Source: Pseudomonas aeruginosa
Lineage (GTDB): Bacteria > Pseudomonadota > Gammaproteobacteria > Pseudomonadales > Pseudomonadaceae
Assembly (NCBI RefSeq): GCF_001457615.1
Contig: NZ_LN831024.1
Span: 4,440,001-4,472,000 of the forward strand
DNA length: 32,000 nt
Direction of reading: 5' to 3'
A program made the position numbers and the translations under genes. The notes under the pieces were generated by a model that had not been told where the DNA came from, did no database searches, and was given only the letters and a program-made list of their open reading frames with translations. This document shows positions 20,707 to 32,000 of the stretch, piece by piece. How positions within the stretch are numbered: position 1 is the first letter of the stretch; each line of letters starts with the position of its first letter.

Positions 20707-21531
20707 TCAGCGAAGGTTCTTGAGATCGCGCTGCGCCAGTTGAGCGGCCGAAGTGCCTGGGTACTGGGAAATGACCTGCTGGAGGATACCCTTGGCCTTG
20801 TCGTTGTTACCCAGGCGACGCTCGACGTCCGCCAGCTTGTACAGAGAGTCGGGCACCTTCTGGCTGCTGGGGTAGCTCTGGCTGACCCGCGCGAAGGCCT
20901 GGCCGGCACCTTGCAGGTCGCCCTTGGCCAGGTTCACCTCGCCGAGCCAGTACTGGGCGTTGCCGGAGTACTGGCTGTTCGGGTACTTGCGCAAGAAGGC
21001 ATTGAACGCCTGGCTCGCCTTGTCGAAATCCTTGCTCTTTATCAGGTCGAAGGCCGCATCGTAGTAGAGCTTCTCCTTCGCCGGGTCGCCCGGCTCGCTG
21101 CTCGACGCCGGTGCGTTGTTGCCTGCGGGAGCCGCAGGCGCCCCATTGGCGTTGATGGCGCCAGCGGGTGCGGAATTCTGTGCAGCGGGAGCGCCACCAC
21201 CGGAAATCCGACGGTCGAGGTCCTGGTAGCGTTCCAGGCTTTCCTGCTTGAGCTGCTGGATCTGGTTCTGCTGCTCCTCGAGCGTGCCACGCAGGCGAGC
21301 CAACTCGTCCTGCATCTGCTGGAGCTGCATGAACAGTTCGCCCTGCACGGAGGTGGGGGTTGTCACCCCACCTCCGGCAAAGGCGCCGCCGGCACCTGCC
21401 GTGCCATACCCGGAAGGAGGAACGTTGCCGCCATTGTTGGCGGCAACGCCGTCATACACAGGAACTTCCGCCCAGGCCGCTAATGGCAGGCTGAGCGCGA
21501 GGAACGTCAGGACACGCAGGTGCTTGGGCAT
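20707..21531 (-). CDS. cpoB: Tol-Pal associated cell-division coordinator CpoB (YbgF), 274 aa
   Basis: Signal peptide, coiled coil (GELFMQLQQMQDELARLRGTLEEQQNQIQQL), C-terminal TPR region (YPNSQYSGNAQYWLGEV). Directly after pal. Confidence 0.94.
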   Translation of the reverse strand: MPKHLRVLTFLALSLPLAAWAEVPVYDGVAANNGGNVPPSGYGTAGAGGAFAGGGVTTPTSVQGELFMQLQQMQDELARLRGTLEEQQNQIQQLKQESLERYQDLDRRISGGGAPAAQNSAPAGAINANGAPAAPAGNNAPASSSEPGDPAKEKLYYDAAFDLIKSKDFDKASQAFNAFLRKYPNSQYSGNAQYWLGEVNLAKGDLQGAGQAFARVSQSYPSSQKVPDSLYKLADVERRLGNNDKAKGILQQVISQYPGTSAAQLAQRDLKNLR

Positions 21532-21540
21532 AACGACTTC

Positions 21541-22047
21541 TTACTTCTTCAGCTCGACGCGACGGTTCTGAGCCCAGGACTGCTCGTCGTGGCCGGTAGC
21601 GACCGGACGCTCTTTACCATAGGAAACCAGTTCCAGCTGGGCCGGCGAAACGCCCTGCAGCACCAGGTAGCGCTGAACGGCCTTGGCACGACGCTCGCCC
21701 AGAGCCATGTTGTACTCGCGGGTGCCGCGTTCGTCGGTGTGGCCTTCCAGCACTACGCGCTGACCGCTGCCTTTCAGGTCTTTCGCGTGTACGTCCAGAG
21801 CGCGCATGGCTTCCGGCTTCAGGTCGGAGCTGTCGTACTCGAAGTAGAAGGTGGTGATCGCACGCAGAGCGGCTTCGTCGCTCAGGCTGCCGTCAACGGC
21901 ACCGCTGTTGGCGCCATAGCCTGCGTTCGGGTCGACGCCGCCATTGGCACCTTCACCGGAAGCATCGCCGCCCTTGGAGGAGCAACCCACAGCCACAGCC
22001 ATGGCCAGAGCCAGCGCAGCAAATTTGCCGAATTTCAGCATTTCCAT
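21541..22047 (-). CDS. oprL: Peptidoglycan-associated lipoprotein OprL/Pal, 168 aa
   Basis: Lipobox AVAVGC; OmpA-like [31 protein letters not shown]. Confidence 0.97.
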   Translation of the reverse strand: MEMLKFGKFAALALAMAVAVGCSSKGGDASGEGANGGVDPNAGYGANSGAVDGSLSDEAALRAITTFYFEYDSSDLKPEAMRALDVHAKDLKGSGQRVVLEGHTDERGTREYNMALGERRAKAVQRYLVLQGVSPAQLELVSYGKERPVATGHDEQSWAQNRRVELKK

Positions 22048-22099
22048 CATGTAACTCCTAATGAACCCCAGTGTATAAGTTTGTAACCGTTGGCGACCG

Positions 22100-23398
22100 T
22101 CAGTTCAGGTAAGGGGACCAGGAAGGCTCGCGCACATCGCCCTGAGCGGTAGGGAGAGGTATCCGTACGCGTCCGTTGATGGATACGAGCATCAGCACGC
22201 CCCGGTCCTGCTGGCGGGTGGCGTAGATTAGCATGGTGCCATTGGGCGCAACAGTGGGCGAATCGTCCAGAGTGGTGTTCGACAGCACCCGCAGATTGCC
22301 GCGCTGGAGGTCCTGGGCGGCGATCTGGAAGTTGGTGTAGCCCTGCTGGCGGTGGACCATTACCAGGGTCTTCTCGTCGGCCGAGAGTTTCGGGTTGGCG
22401 TTGTAGTTGCCGATGAAGGTTACCCGGTCCACGGCACCGCTGTTCACGTTCATTTTGTAGATCTGCGGCTTGCCGCCACGGTCCGAGGTGAAGTACAGGG
22501 TAGAGCCGTCCTTGCCCCAGAAGGGTTCGGTATCGATCGCCAGGTTGTTGGTCAGGCGGCGCAGGGCGCGGCTGCCAAGGTCCATGACGTAGATTTCCGG
22601 GTTGCCGTCGCGCGACAGGACGAAGGCCAGGCGGTTGCCGTCAGGGGAGAATGCCGGAGCGCCATTCAGGCCCTCGAAATTGGTGATCTGCTCACGACGG
22701 CCAGTATCGACGTACTGGATGAAGATACGCGGGCGCTTCTGTTCGAAGGAGACATAGGCGATACGGCGGCCATCGGGCGAGAAGCGCGGCGACACGATGG
22801 GCTCGCGCGACTGCAGCAGGGTCACCGGGCGGGCGCCGTCGTAGTCGGAGCGCTGCAAGGTGTAGCGGGTGTTGTCGACCGAGAAACGCTCGGCGGTGAC
22901 ATAGAGCATCTTGGTGGAGAACGCGCCCTTGATACCGGTGAGCTTCTCGAACGACTGGTCGGCGATGTAGTGCGACATGTCGCGGAGCTGATCGGTGCTG
23001 CCGGTCACGCTGCCGGTCAGGACCTGCTGCTCGGTGCCGACATCGAACAATGCGTACTGCACCTGCAGGCGTCCGCCGGCAGGCACGATGTTGCCGACCA
23101 TCACGTAGTTGACGCCAACTGCCTTCCAGTCACGGAAGATCACTTCGCTGGCCTGCGCCGGCTGGCTGATCATGTTCTGCCGGGGCAGCGGCTCGAAGTA
23201 GCCGGAGTTGCGCAGGTCGTTGCCGATGATATTGGACATGTCTTCCGGCAACACGTTGCCCCCCTGGAAGCCGAACGGCACCACGGCGATGGGAATGGCA
23301 CGGTCGTTACCGCTGGAGATCACCAGCGGGTCGGCAGCCTGCGCAGCACCTGCCACCAGGGCCAGGGCGAACAGCGCAATGCGAATCAGGGTACTCAC
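22100..23398 (-). CDS. tolB: Tol-Pal translocation protein TolB, 432 aa
   Basis: Signal peptide and beta-propeller repeats ([45 protein letters not shown]). 4-bp overlap with tolA. Confidence 0.97.
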   Translation of the reverse strand: MSTLIRIALFALALVAGAAQAADPLVISSGNDRAIPIAVVPFGFQGGNVLPEDMSNIIGNDLRNSGYFEPLPRQNMISQPAQASEVIFRDWKAVGVNYVMVGNIVPAGGRLQVQYALFDVGTEQQVLTGSVTGSTDQLRDMSHYIADQSFEKLTGIKGAFSTKMLYVTAERFSVDNTRYTLQRSDYDGARPVTLLQSREPIVSPRFSPDGRRIAYVSFEQKRPRIFIQYVDTGRREQITNFEGLNGAPAFSPDGNRLAFVLSRDGNPEIYVMDLGSRALRRLTNNLAIDTEPFWGKDGSTLYFTSDRGGKPQIYKMNVNSGAVDRVTFIGNYNANPKLSADEKTLVMVHRQQGYTNFQIAAQDLQRGNLRVLSNTTLDDSPTVAPNGTMLIYATRQQDRGVLMLVSINGRVRIPLPTAQGDVREPSWSPYLN

Positions 23399-24438
23399 AG
23401 ACTCAAATCCTCCGGTTTAAAGATGATGCGGCGCTGACGATACAGGCTGTCGAAGGTAGCCCGCGGCAATTGCTGCATCTCGGGAATACGGCCGACGTTG
23501 CGCACCGCCGCCACCGCCGAACTGTCGAAAGGCTTGTCGCCACTCGAACGGCTGACGCTGGCATTGGTGATGGTACCGTCCGGCAGCATTTCGATCAGTA
23601 CTTCTACGCTCATTCCATTACGCGCCGATGGAGGACGCCGCCACTGCTGGCTCACCAGGTTGACGATCAGGTCGTCGAGACTGCCGGTGACCTCGCTGCC
23701 CACCTCGTCGGCCAGGGCCTGCTGGCGCTCGGTCGTATCCGAAAGCAACTCGGCCAATGCCTGCGCCTTCTTGTCCTCGGCAGCCTTGCGGGCTGCCGCG
23801 GCAGCGGCGGCGGCCTTTTTCTTGGCGGCCTCGACGGCGGCTTTCTTCTTCGCCGCTTCCGCAGCAGCCTTCTTCTTGGCCTCCTCGGCCGCTTTCTTCT
23901 TCGCGTCCTCGGCTGCCTTTTTCTTGGCGTCCTCAGCGGCCTTTTTCTTGGCCTCGTCCTCGGCGCGCTTCTTGGCTATGTCAGCCTGCTTCTTCTGTTC
24001 GGCGGCCTTGGCCTCGGCAGCTTTCTTGGCTTCATCGGCCTTTTTCGCCTCGGCGGCTTTCTGGGCCTCGGCCTTTCGAGCCTCGTCAGCCTTCTTTTGT
24101 TCCGCCGCTTTCGCAGCAGCGACCTGCTGCTGTTCCAGCTTTTGTTGCTCGAGTTTCTGCTGCTCGAGCTTCTTCTGTTCGAGCTGCTCGACTTCGTATT
24201 GCTTGGAGGCGGTCTTCTTCGCCTCGCCAGCGATCTTCTGGTTGGTCTGGGTCGTCGCCTGGCTCTTCGACTTGAGCTGGTAGAGCGTGGCCTGCACGAT
24301 CGGCTTGGAGGGAGGAAGCTCCGGAGCAAACGCCCAGCTGACGAACAGCATGGCGAAGATCAGAACGTGCAGGACCACCGCCAGGACGACGGGCCAGAAA
24401 TAACTCTCGGAAGGCGAGCGCTCGAACTGTTGCTTCAA
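23395..24438 (-). CDS. tolA: TolA, inner-membrane/periplasm-spanning Tol protein, 347 aa
   Basis: N-terminal TM ([21 protein letters not shown]), long KKAAE/KAA repeat helix, C-terminal globular domain. Between tolR and tolB. Confidence 0.97.
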   Translation of the reverse strand: MKQQFERSPSESYFWPVVLAVVLHVLIFAMLFVSWAFAPELPPSKPIVQATLYQLKSKSQATTQTNQKIAGEAKKTASKQYEVEQLEQKKLEQQKLEQQKLEQQQVAAAKAAEQKKADEARKAEAQKAAEAKKADEAKKAAEAKAAEQKKQADIAKKRAEDEAKKKAAEDAKKKAAEDAKKKAAEEAKKKAAAEAAKKKAAVEAAKKKAAAAAAAARKAAEDKKAQALAELLSDTTERQQALADEVGSEVTGSLDDLIVNLVSQQWRRPPSARNGMSVEVLIEMLPDGTITNASVSRSSGDKPFDSSAVAAVRNVGRIPEMQQLPRATFDSLYRQRRIIFKPEDLSL

Positions 24439-24440
24439 GA

Positions 24441-24881
24441 TCAGGGGGCCTCGGTAATCAACCCGACGTTGGGCACACCGGCCTGCTGCAAGGCACCCAT
24501 GGCGCCAACCACCGCACCATAGTTCACCGCCTTGTCGCCGCGGATGAATACCTGGGTGTCCGGACGGGCACTCATGATCTTGGTGACTGCATCGGTCATC
24601 TGTTCCAACGACACGGCACTATCGGTCTGTTTTTCAGTATCCACTTCGCTGCCGACGTTCCAGTAATAGGAACCGTCGGCCTTCACCGAAAGGGTCAGGA
24701 CCTGCTTGTTGTTGTCCTGAGGCAACGCCTCGCTGGACACCTTCGGCAGGTCGACCTTGACCCCCTGGTTGAGCATCGGTGCGGTCACCATGAAAATCAC
24801 CAGCAGTACCAGCATCACGTCGATGTAAGGCACTACGTTCATTTCCGCGACCGGCTTGCGCTTGTGACGAACCCTTGCCAT
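24441..24881 (-). CDS. tolR: TolR (ExbD family), 146 aa
   Basis: AEMNVVPYIDVMLVLLVIFMVTAP. Confidence 0.97.
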   Translation of the reverse strand: MARVRHKRKPVAEMNVVPYIDVMLVLLVIFMVTAPMLNQGVKVDLPKVSSEALPQDNNKQVLTLSVKADGSYYWNVGSEVDTEKQTDSAVSLEQMTDAVTKIMSARPDTQVFIRGDKAVNYGAVVGAMGALQQAGVPNVGLITEAP

Positions 24882-24903
24882 ATCGGCTTACCTCTCAGTC
24901 GTC

Positions 24904-25599
24904 TTAGTCGTCGCTGGTGTGCACCTTGCGGTGCAGGATGGCCTGGAACTCGTCGGCGAAGGTGTAGTAACGACCGATCAGCATCTCAGAACGTGCGGAG
25001 AAGCGGTTGTAGGCGATGACCGCCGGGATCGCGGCGAACAGGCCGATGGCGGTAGCGATCAGCGCTTCGGCGATACCCGGGGCGACGGTGGCCAGGGTTG
25101 CCTGCTGCACGGTGGCCAGGCCACGGAAGGAGTTCATGATACCCCAGACGGTACCGAACAGGCCGACGTACGGGCTGGTGGAACCGACGGTTGCCAGGAA
25201 TGGCAGGCTGGCTTCGAGTTTCTCCTCCTCACGGGAGATGGCCACACGCATGGCGCGCGCCACGCCCTCCATCACCGCATCGGGATCGACGCCGGGCTGC
25301 TGGCGCAGACGGGAAAACTCCTTGAAGCCGGCACGGAAGATCTGCTCGACGCCGGAGTCCGGGTCCGGATTGCTACCGGCCTGGCGGTACAGCTTGGACA
25401 GGTCGATGCCCGACCAGAAGCGTTCTTCGAAAGCATCCAGTGCCTTCTTGGCGGCGCGCATGGCATTGCCGCGCTGGAAAATCATGATCCAGGATGTGAC
25501 CGAGGCGGCCACGAGGGTCAGCATGACCAGCTGCACCACGATACTGGCGTTGCTGATCAGGCTCCACATGGAGGTATGGTCGACGACGTTCGGTTCCAC
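24904..25599 (-). CDS. tolQ: TolQ (ExbB/MotA family), 231 aa
   Basis: TVWGIMNSFRGLATVQQATLATVAPGIAEALIATAIGLFAAIPAVIAYN. GTG start at 25599 preceded by AGGAG; the track ORF extends to 25668. Confidence 0.95.
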   Translation of the reverse strand: MEPNVVDHTSMWSLISNASIVVQLVMLTLVAASVTSWIMIFQRGNAMRAAKKALDAFEERFWSGIDLSKLYRQAGSNPDPDSGVEQIFRAGFKEFSRLRQQPGVDPDAVMEGVARAMRVAISREEEKLEASLPFLATVGSTSPYVGLFGTVWGIMNSFRGLATVQQATLATVAPGIAEALIATAIGLFAAIPAVIAYNRFSARSEMLIGRYYTFADEFQAILHRKVHTSDD

Positions 25600-25600
25600 T

Positions 25601-26050
<450 letters not shown>

Positions 26051-26099
26051 CTAGAACCAAGTCCCGGCTTTGCCAATCGGCAATCGCCCACAAATGCAA

Positions 26100-27158
26100 T
26101 TAATTACCATCTTCAGACGTGAACAGATCCGTCGTCACCCCCGGCCCCAACCTTTTCGGAATATTCAGGCCAAAGTGCAGGTACGCATGGCGTGTTACCA
26201 CGCGCCCCCGCGGTGTCCGCATGATGTAGCCCTGCTGGATCAGATAGGGCTCCAGTACATCTTCGATCGTGTGCCGCTCCTCGCTCAACGCCGCAGCCAA
26301 GTTGTCGATTCCTACAGGCCCGCCATCGAACTTGTCGATCATGGTCAGCAACAGACGACGGTCGAGGTGGTCGAAGCCACGCTCGTCGACATCGAGCAGG
26401 TTCAATGCCTTGTCGGCGATCACCCGGGTAATGTCGCCCTGCCCCCGGACCTCGGCGAAGTCGCGTACCCGGCGCAGCAGGCGATTGGCGATTCGCGGCG
26501 TACCGCGGGCGCGCTTGGCGATTTCCGCCGCGCCCTGCGGCTCGATCTCCAGGCCGAGAATGCCGGCCGACCGACTGACGATGGTCGCCAGGTCCTCGAC
26601 GTTGTAGAACTCCAGGCGCTGGACGATACCGAAGCGATCGCGCAGTGGATTGGTCAGCATGCCGGCACGGGTGGTCGCGCCGACCAGGGTGAACGGCGGC
26701 AGGTCCAGCTTGATGGAGCGGGCCGCGGGCCCTTCGCCGATCATGATGTCCAGCTGGAAATCTTCCATGGCCGGATACAGCACTTCTTCGACGATGGGCG
26801 AAAGACGGTGGATCTCGTCGACGAACAGGACGTCGCCGGCCTCCAGGTTGGTCAGCAACGCGGCGAGATCGCCGGGACGCTCGAGCACCGGCCCGGAAGT
26901 ACTCTTGATGGAAACGCCCATTTCCTGGGCGATGATATTCGCCAGGGTCGTCTTGCCCAGCCCCGGCGGACCGAAGATCAGCGTATGGTCGAGCGCCTCC
27001 TGGCGGCCGCGCGCGGCATGGATGAACAGCTCCATCTGCTCGCGCACGCTGGGCTGGCCGATGTAGTCGGCCAGCTTCAGCGGGCGAATGGCACGGTCCA
27101 GCTGCTCATCGCGTTCGCGACCGGAAACGGCGGATATGAGGCGATCAGGCTCGATCAT
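26100..27158 (-). CDS. ruvB: Holliday junction branch-migration ATPase RuvB, 352 aa
   Basis: Walker [29 protein letters not shown]. Confidence 0.98.
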   Translation of the reverse strand: MIEPDRLISAVSGRERDEQLDRAIRPLKLADYIGQPSVREQMELFIHAARGRQEALDHTLIFGPPGLGKTTLANIIAQEMGVSIKSTSGPVLERPGDLAALLTNLEAGDVLFVDEIHRLSPIVEEVLYPAMEDFQLDIMIGEGPAARSIKLDLPPFTLVGATTRAGMLTNPLRDRFGIVQRLEFYNVEDLATIVSRSAGILGLEIEPQGAAEIAKRARGTPRIANRLLRRVRDFAEVRGQGDITRVIADKALNLLDVDERGFDHLDRRLLLTMIDKFDGGPVGIDNLAAALSEERHTIEDVLEPYLIQQGYIMRTPRGRVVTRHAYLHFGLNIPKRLGPGVTTDLFTSEDGN

Positions 27159-27168
27159 CGGGCGCCAC

Positions 27169-27774
27169 CTAGACCATGCCCTTCAGGGCCTGGCGGATCA
27201 TTTCTTCGCTGGACAAATCCTCTCCCGGTACGGCTGCGACGGCACGACTGGCTTCCTGTGGCTTGAAGCCGAGGGCGATCAGCGCGCTGACTGCATCGGC
27301 CTCGGCGCTTGAGACTGTAGCGCTGGCACGGGGTTCCATCACCAACGGTGCAATCGTGGGCATGTTTTCCCAAGCCTTGAAGCGGTCCTTCAACTCCACC
27401 AGCAGGCGCTCGGCGGTCTTCTTGCCAACACCGGGGATCTTCACCAGGGTGGAGGTGTCCTGTGCCTGGACGCAACGCACCAGTTCGTCCACTTCCAGGC
27501 CCGACATCAGCGCCAGGGCCAGTTTCGGACCCACGCCGTTGAGCCGGATCAGCTCACGGAACAGCTCTCGCTCGCGCTTTTCGGCGAAGCCATAGAGCAA
27601 GTGCGCATCCTCACGCACAACCAGATGGGTATGCAAGGTCACCGGCTCGCCCAGCGAAGGCAACCGATAGAGGGTCGTCATCGGCACTTCCACTTCATAG
27701 CCGACGCCATTCACATCGAGGATCAGGTGTGGCGGCTGTTTCTCCGCCAGGGTGCCACGCAAGCGTCCGATCAC
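27169..27774 (-). CDS. ruvA: Holliday junction-binding protein RuvA, 201 aa
   Basis: [31 protein letters not shown]; HhH regions [15 protein letters not shown] and [19 protein letters not shown]. Confidence 0.98.
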   Translation of the reverse strand: MIGRLRGTLAEKQPPHLILDVNGVGYEVEVPMTTLYRLPSLGEPVTLHTHLVVREDAHLLYGFAEKRERELFRELIRLNGVGPKLALALMSGLEVDELVRCVQAQDTSTLVKIPGVGKKTAERLLVELKDRFKAWENMPTIAPLVMEPRASATVSSAEADAVSALIALGFKPQEASRAVAAVPGEDLSSEEMIRQALKGMV

Positions 27775-27790
27775 GAAGAGCTTTCCTTAT

Positions 27791-28315
27791 TCAAAGACGC
27801 AGGCGCCCGCCACGTCGGCGTGCGCCCACCAGGCCATGGGGGACCAGACTCTGTTGGGTATGGGCATGACACAGGGCGATGGCCAGGGCGTCGGAAGCAT
27901 CTATCTGCGGTTTCTGGGTCAGCTTCAACAGATGCATGACCATCATCTGCACCTGCTGCTTGTCTGCACCGCCGGTCCCCACGACTGCCTGCTTGACCTG
28001 CGAGGCGGTGTACTCCGCCACGCTCAACCCCTCCTCCATTGCCGCGACGATGGCCGCCCCCCGCGCCTGCCCCAGCTTCAGGGCCGAATCGGCGTTGCGC
28101 GCCATGAACACCTGCTCGATGCTCAGGGCCGTCGGGCCATGGGTGCGGATCACCTCGCGGACGCTGCGAAACACCACGTGTAGACGCTCGTGCAAGGGGC
28201 CATTACCGGTCCGTATACATCCGGACGCCACGTATTCGCAACCGCGCGCCGTTTCCCGCACCACGCCGAAGCCGGTGATGCGCGAGCCCGGGTCAATCCC
28301 TAGAATCAAAGTCAT
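27791..28315 (-). CDS. ruvC: Crossover junction endodeoxyribonuclease RuvC, 174 aa
   Basis: [19 protein letters not shown]; [21 protein letters not shown]; [11 protein letters not shown]. Confidence 0.98.
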   Translation of the reverse strand: MTLILGIDPGSRITGFGVVRETARGCEYVASGCIRTGNGPLHERLHVVFRSVREVIRTHGPTALSIEQVFMARNADSALKLGQARGAAIVAAMEEGLSVAEYTASQVKQAVVGTGGADKQQVQMMVMHLLKLTQKPQIDASDALAIALCHAHTQQSLVPHGLVGARRRGGRLRL

Positions 28316-28330
28316 AAGCTGGATACTAAA

Positions 28331-28377
28331 AGCCGGAAGCGGGGTTCGAACGCATCAAGCGTACCCCACTTCCGGCT
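28331..28377 (-). terminator. Rho-independent terminator after the YebC/PmpR-family gene
   Basis: Minus strand AGCCGGAAGTGGGGTACG...CCCCGCTTCCGGCTTTTAG, long stem followed by TTTT. Confidence 0.8.
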
Positions 28378-28399
28378 TCGCGTTATCGCTCCGATCGGC

Positions 28400-29146
28400 T
28401 CAGCCGAGCTGCGCCATCACGTCGTCCGGGATATCGGCATTGGAATAGACGTTCTGCACGTCGTCCAGGTCCTCGAGCATGTCGATCAGCTTGAGCACCT
28501 TCTGCGCGGTTTCCAGGTCCAGGGTCGCGGTGGTCGAAGGGATCATGGTGACTTCGGCTTCGTCGCCCTTGAATCCGGCGGCGGCCAGCGCCTCGTTCAC
28601 CGAAATGAAGTCGGCGAAGGTGGTGAACACGTCGATGGAGCCATCGTCGTTGACTACCACGTCATCGGCGCCAGCCTCCAGGGCCGCATCCATCAGCGCT
28701 TCCTCGTCCACGCCGGGAGCGAAGCTGATCTGTCCCTTGCGCTCGAACATGTAGGCGACCGAACCATCGGTGCCCAGGTTGCCGCCACACTTGCTGAAGG
28801 CATGACGCACTTCGGCAGCGGTACGGTTGCGGTTGTCGGTCATCGCCTCGACGATGATCGCTACGCCGCTCGGCGCATAACCTTCATAGGAAAGCTCGAC
28901 CATGTTGTCGGCATCGTTGGAGCCGACGCCGCGCGCAATGGCACGATCGATGGTATCGCGGGTCATGTTGGCGGTCAGCGCCTTGTCCACGGCCAGGCGC
29001 AGACGCGGGTTGTCCGCCGGGACGCCGCCGCCCTGCCTTGCAGCGACGGTCAGCTCACGGATCAGCTTGGTAAAGATCTTGCCTTTCTTGGCATCTTGCC
29101 GCTCTTTGCGGTGCTTGATGTTGGCCCATTTAGAATGACCAGCCAT
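28400..29146 (-). CDS. pmpR: YebC/TACO1-family protein PmpR, 248 aa
   Basis: [40 protein letters not shown], diagnostic of YebC. Adjacent to ruvC and aspS as in P. aeruginosa. Confidence 0.94.
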   Translation of the reverse strand: MAGHSKWANIKHRKERQDAKKGKIFTKLIRELTVAARQGGGVPADNPRLRLAVDKALTANMTRDTIDRAIARGVGSNDADNMVELSYEGYAPSGVAIIVEAMTDNRNRTAAEVRHAFSKCGGNLGTDGSVAYMFERKGQISFAPGVDEEALMDAALEAGADDVVVNDDGSIDVFTTFADFISVNEALAAAGFKGDEAEVTMIPSTTATLDLETAQKVLKLIDMLEDLDDVQNVYSNADIPDDVMAQLG

Positions 29147-29212
29147 AACTCACTCCGTATTGCTCTCTCGGCAGGAGGCGCCGCAAGCGGCGCCTCCGCG
29201 GGTTGATTCGAA

Positions 29213-30988
29213 TCACTCGGCCTTCGGCTGCTCGCGCAGGCGAATGTGCAGCTCGCGCAGGGCCTTGCCGTCCACGGAACCCGGTGCCTGGGTCATGACG
29301 TCGCCAGCGCTCTGGGTCTTCGGGAAGGCGATCACTTCGCGGATAGACGATGCACCGGTCATCAGCATGACCAGGCGATCCAGGCCGAAGGCCAGGCCGC
29401 CATGCGGCGGCGCACCGTACTTGAGCGCGTCGAGCAGGAAGCCGAATTTCTCTTCCTGTTCCGCCTCGTCGATGCCCAGCACACGGAACACCGCCTGCTG
29501 CATGGACTTGTCATGGATACGGATGGAACCGCCACCCAGCTCGGTACCGTTGAGCACCATGTCGTAGGCGCGGGAAAGCGCCGCGCCCGGATTGGCCTCA
29601 AGCTCGGCCGGGGTGCACTTGGGCGAGGTGAACGGGTGGTGCAGCGCGGACAGCGAGCCGTCGTCGTTCTCCTCGAACATCGGGAAGTCCACGACCCACA
29701 TGGGCGCCCACTCCCGGGTGAGCAGCTTGAGGTCATGGCCGACCTTGATACGCAGCGCGCCCAGGGCATCGCAAACGATCTTGGCCTTGTCGGCACCAAA
29801 GAACACGATGTCGCCGTCGACCGCGCCAACGCGATCGAGGATCACGTTCAGGTTGGCCTCGGGGATAAACTTCACGATCGGCGACTGCAGACCTTCCACG
29901 CCCTTGGCGCGCTCGTTGACCTTGATGTAGGCCAGGCCCTTGGCACCATAGATGCCGACGAACTTGGTGTAGTCGTCGATCTGGCTGCGCGGCATGGAGG
30001 CGGCGCCCGGCACACGCAGGGCGGCGACACGCCCCTTCGGATCGTTGGCCGGACCGGAGAAGACCTTGAACTCCACTTCCTTCAACTGGTCGGCGACGTC
30101 CACCAACTCCAGCGGGATGCGCAGGTCGGGCTTGTCCGAACCGTAGCGGCGCATGGCCTCTTCGAACGGCATGTGCGGGAACTCGTCGAACTCGACATCC
30201 AGCACTTCCTTGAACAGCTGGCGCACCATCTTCTCGGTGATGCCGATGATGTCGCTCTCGTCGAGGAAGCTGGTCTCGATGTCGATCTGGGTGAATTCCG
30301 GCTGGCGGTCGGCACGCAGGTCCTCGTCACGGAAGCACTTGGCGATCTGGTAGTAGCGATCGAAGCCGGCGACCATCAGCAGTTGCTTGAACAACTGCGG
30401 CGACTGCGGCAGGGCGAAGAAGTGGCCCGGGTAGGTACGGCTCGGCACCAGGTAGTCGCGCGCGCCTTCCGGCGTCGGCCGGCCGAGGATCGGGGTCTCG
30501 ACGTCGAGGAAGCCGTTGTCGTCCAGGTAGCGGCGAATGCTGCTGGTGATGCGCGCGCGCAGCTTCAGCTTGGCGGCCATCTCCGGACGACGCAGGTCGA
30601 TGAAGCGGTAGCGCAGGCGGGTTTCCTCGCCCACATCGGAGTATTCATCCAACGGGAACGGCGGAGTCTCGGCCTGGTTCAGCACTTCCAGTTCGTAGCC
30701 CAGTACCTCGATGGAGCCAGACGCCATGTTCGGGTTGCGCGCGCCTTCAGGGCGCAGGCGCACCTTGCCGGTGATCTTCACCACGAACTCGCTGCGCACC
30801 CGGTCGGCCTTGGCGAAGGTTTCCGCACGGTCCGGATCGAACACCACCTGGGCCAGCCCCTCGCGATCGCGCACATCGAGGAAGATCACTCCACCATGGT
30901 CGCGGCGGCGGTGAACCCAACCGCAAAGGGTGACTTCCTGGCCGTCCAGGCTCTCGTTCAGTTGGCCGCAATAGTGGCTGCGCATCAT
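29213..30988 (-). CDS. aspS: Aspartyl-tRNA synthetase AspS (bacterial/archaeal GAD-domain type), 591 aa
   Basis: [44 protein letters not shown]; class II motif [15 protein letters not shown]. The track ORF extends artefactually to 31171. Confidence 0.97.
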
Positions 30989-31427
30989 GGTGTGGTTCGC
31001 TTCTCGTAAGTCTTGGATTCTGTGGAGCCGCCGGCTGCCTGGCGACCATTGCCGGGCTCTCGCCGGCCCTGACCGAGCACCGGAACCATCGGTACGCCCC
31101 CGGAAGGACATCTCCCGCGCTGCCCGGTGAACGGCAACGGCGAAGCACCCGCATCCGGGCTCACTTCGCATTGAAGGCGGGGATTATAGCCTGAAAAATC
31201 CATGGCTTGCAGCCAGCCCCGCCGGCCTGTCACGCGGGAAGCCAGGCCGTTGAACGGAAGCATTTCGCCTCCCCCTGCGAACCATTCGCTTGACCGGGCA
31301 GTCGGAATAGATTCTCCCTATCGCCGCCTTTGACATAGACCAAGAGCGCTGGGAAAAACCCTGTGTTAGCCTCACTCCAACTGTTTCGGAGTGCCCCATT
31401 CACAAGGCCGACTGAAAGGAGAACGCC

Positions 31428-31898
31428 ATGGAAATCAATATCGGAATCGGCGAACAGGATCGCGCAGCCATTGCCGAGGGCCTGTCGCGGCTACTGGCCG
31501 ACACCTACACCCTCTACCTGAAAACCCACAACTTCCACTGGAACGTCACCGGCCCGATGTTCAACACGCTGCACCTGATGTTCGAAGGCCAGTACACCGA
31601 ACTGGCCGTTGCCGTAGACGACATCGCCGAGCGCATCCGGGCCCTGGGCTTCCCGGCGCCCGGCACCTACGCCGCCTACGCCCGCCTCTCGTCCATCAAG
31701 GAGGAGGAAGGCGTTCCGGAAGCCGAGGAGATGATCCGGCAACTGGTCCAGGGTCAGGAAGCCGTGGTGCGCACCGCCCGCAGCATCTTCCCGCTGCTGG
31801 ACAAGGTCAGCGACGAACCCACCGCCGACCTGCTCACCCAACGTATGCAGGTGCATGAAAAGACCGCCTGGATGTTGCGCAGCCTTCTTGCCAGCTGA
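31428..31898 (+). CDS. Dps-family ferritin-like protein, 156 aa
   Basis: [59 protein letters not shown], the Dps ferroxidase motif. RBS AAAGGAG upstream. Confidence 0.95.
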   Translation: MEINIGIGEQDRAAIAEGLSRLLADTYTLYLKTHNFHWNVTGPMFNTLHLMFEGQYTELAVAVDDIAERIRALGFPAPGTYAAYARLSSIKEEEGVPEAEEMIRQLVQGQEAVVRTARSIFPLLDKVSDEPTADLLTQRMQVHEKTAWMLRSLLAS

Positions 31899-32000
31899 TC
31901 GTCGATCGCTCGATAGAAAGCGGGGCCCGCCTCAGGGTCCCGCCCTCCCCCCTCCGGCGCCAACCGCTTGATTTGAGTAGCCTCCTGCTTTCCTGTTAAA

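Noticed and set aside
23470-24522. 350-codon plus-strand ORF rich in Leu/Gly, and a Ser/Ala-rich ORF in another frame
   Set aside because: Product of the repetitive tolA linker read on the opposite strand; not membrane-protein evidence.
26070-27266. 398-codon plus-strand ORF
   Set aside because: Antisense shadow of ruvB.
29246-31009. 587-codon plus-strand ORF
   Set aside because: Antisense shadow of aspS.

Overview
This 32 kb window is Pseudomonas aeruginosa core chromosome, recognised from protein sequences and gene order. Left to right it holds: nadA (5' part only); mvfR/pqsR; the phnAB and pqsABCDE quinolone-signal operons; ogt; the cupC1-C2-C3 chaperone/usher fimbrial cluster; a small Hpt phosphotransfer protein (hptA-like); a NUDIX hydrolase; a secreted hypothetical protein; a hotdog thioesterase; tRNA-Lys(TTT); queC and queE; the cpoB-pal-tolB-tolA-tolR-tolQ-ybgC Tol-Pal cluster; ruvB-ruvA-ruvC; a YebC/PmpR-family regulator; aspS; and a Dps/ferritin-like gene. 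I found no phage, transposase, CRISPR array, defence island or clearly novel multigene system. The best leads are: (1) a tandem 6-bp repeat (ATCACC x2) in mvfR that gives 'AITITIDEEL' and a 334-aa protein, where I recall the reference as 332 aa with 'AITIDEEL'. The numbering of known ligand-pocket residues shifts by +2 across exactly this point, next to the pocket. (2) An apparently unoccupied tRNA-Lys island-integration site. (3) A 40-codon upstream ORF with a good ribosome-binding site just before mvfR. (4) Legible regulatory sites around mvfR and pqsA.
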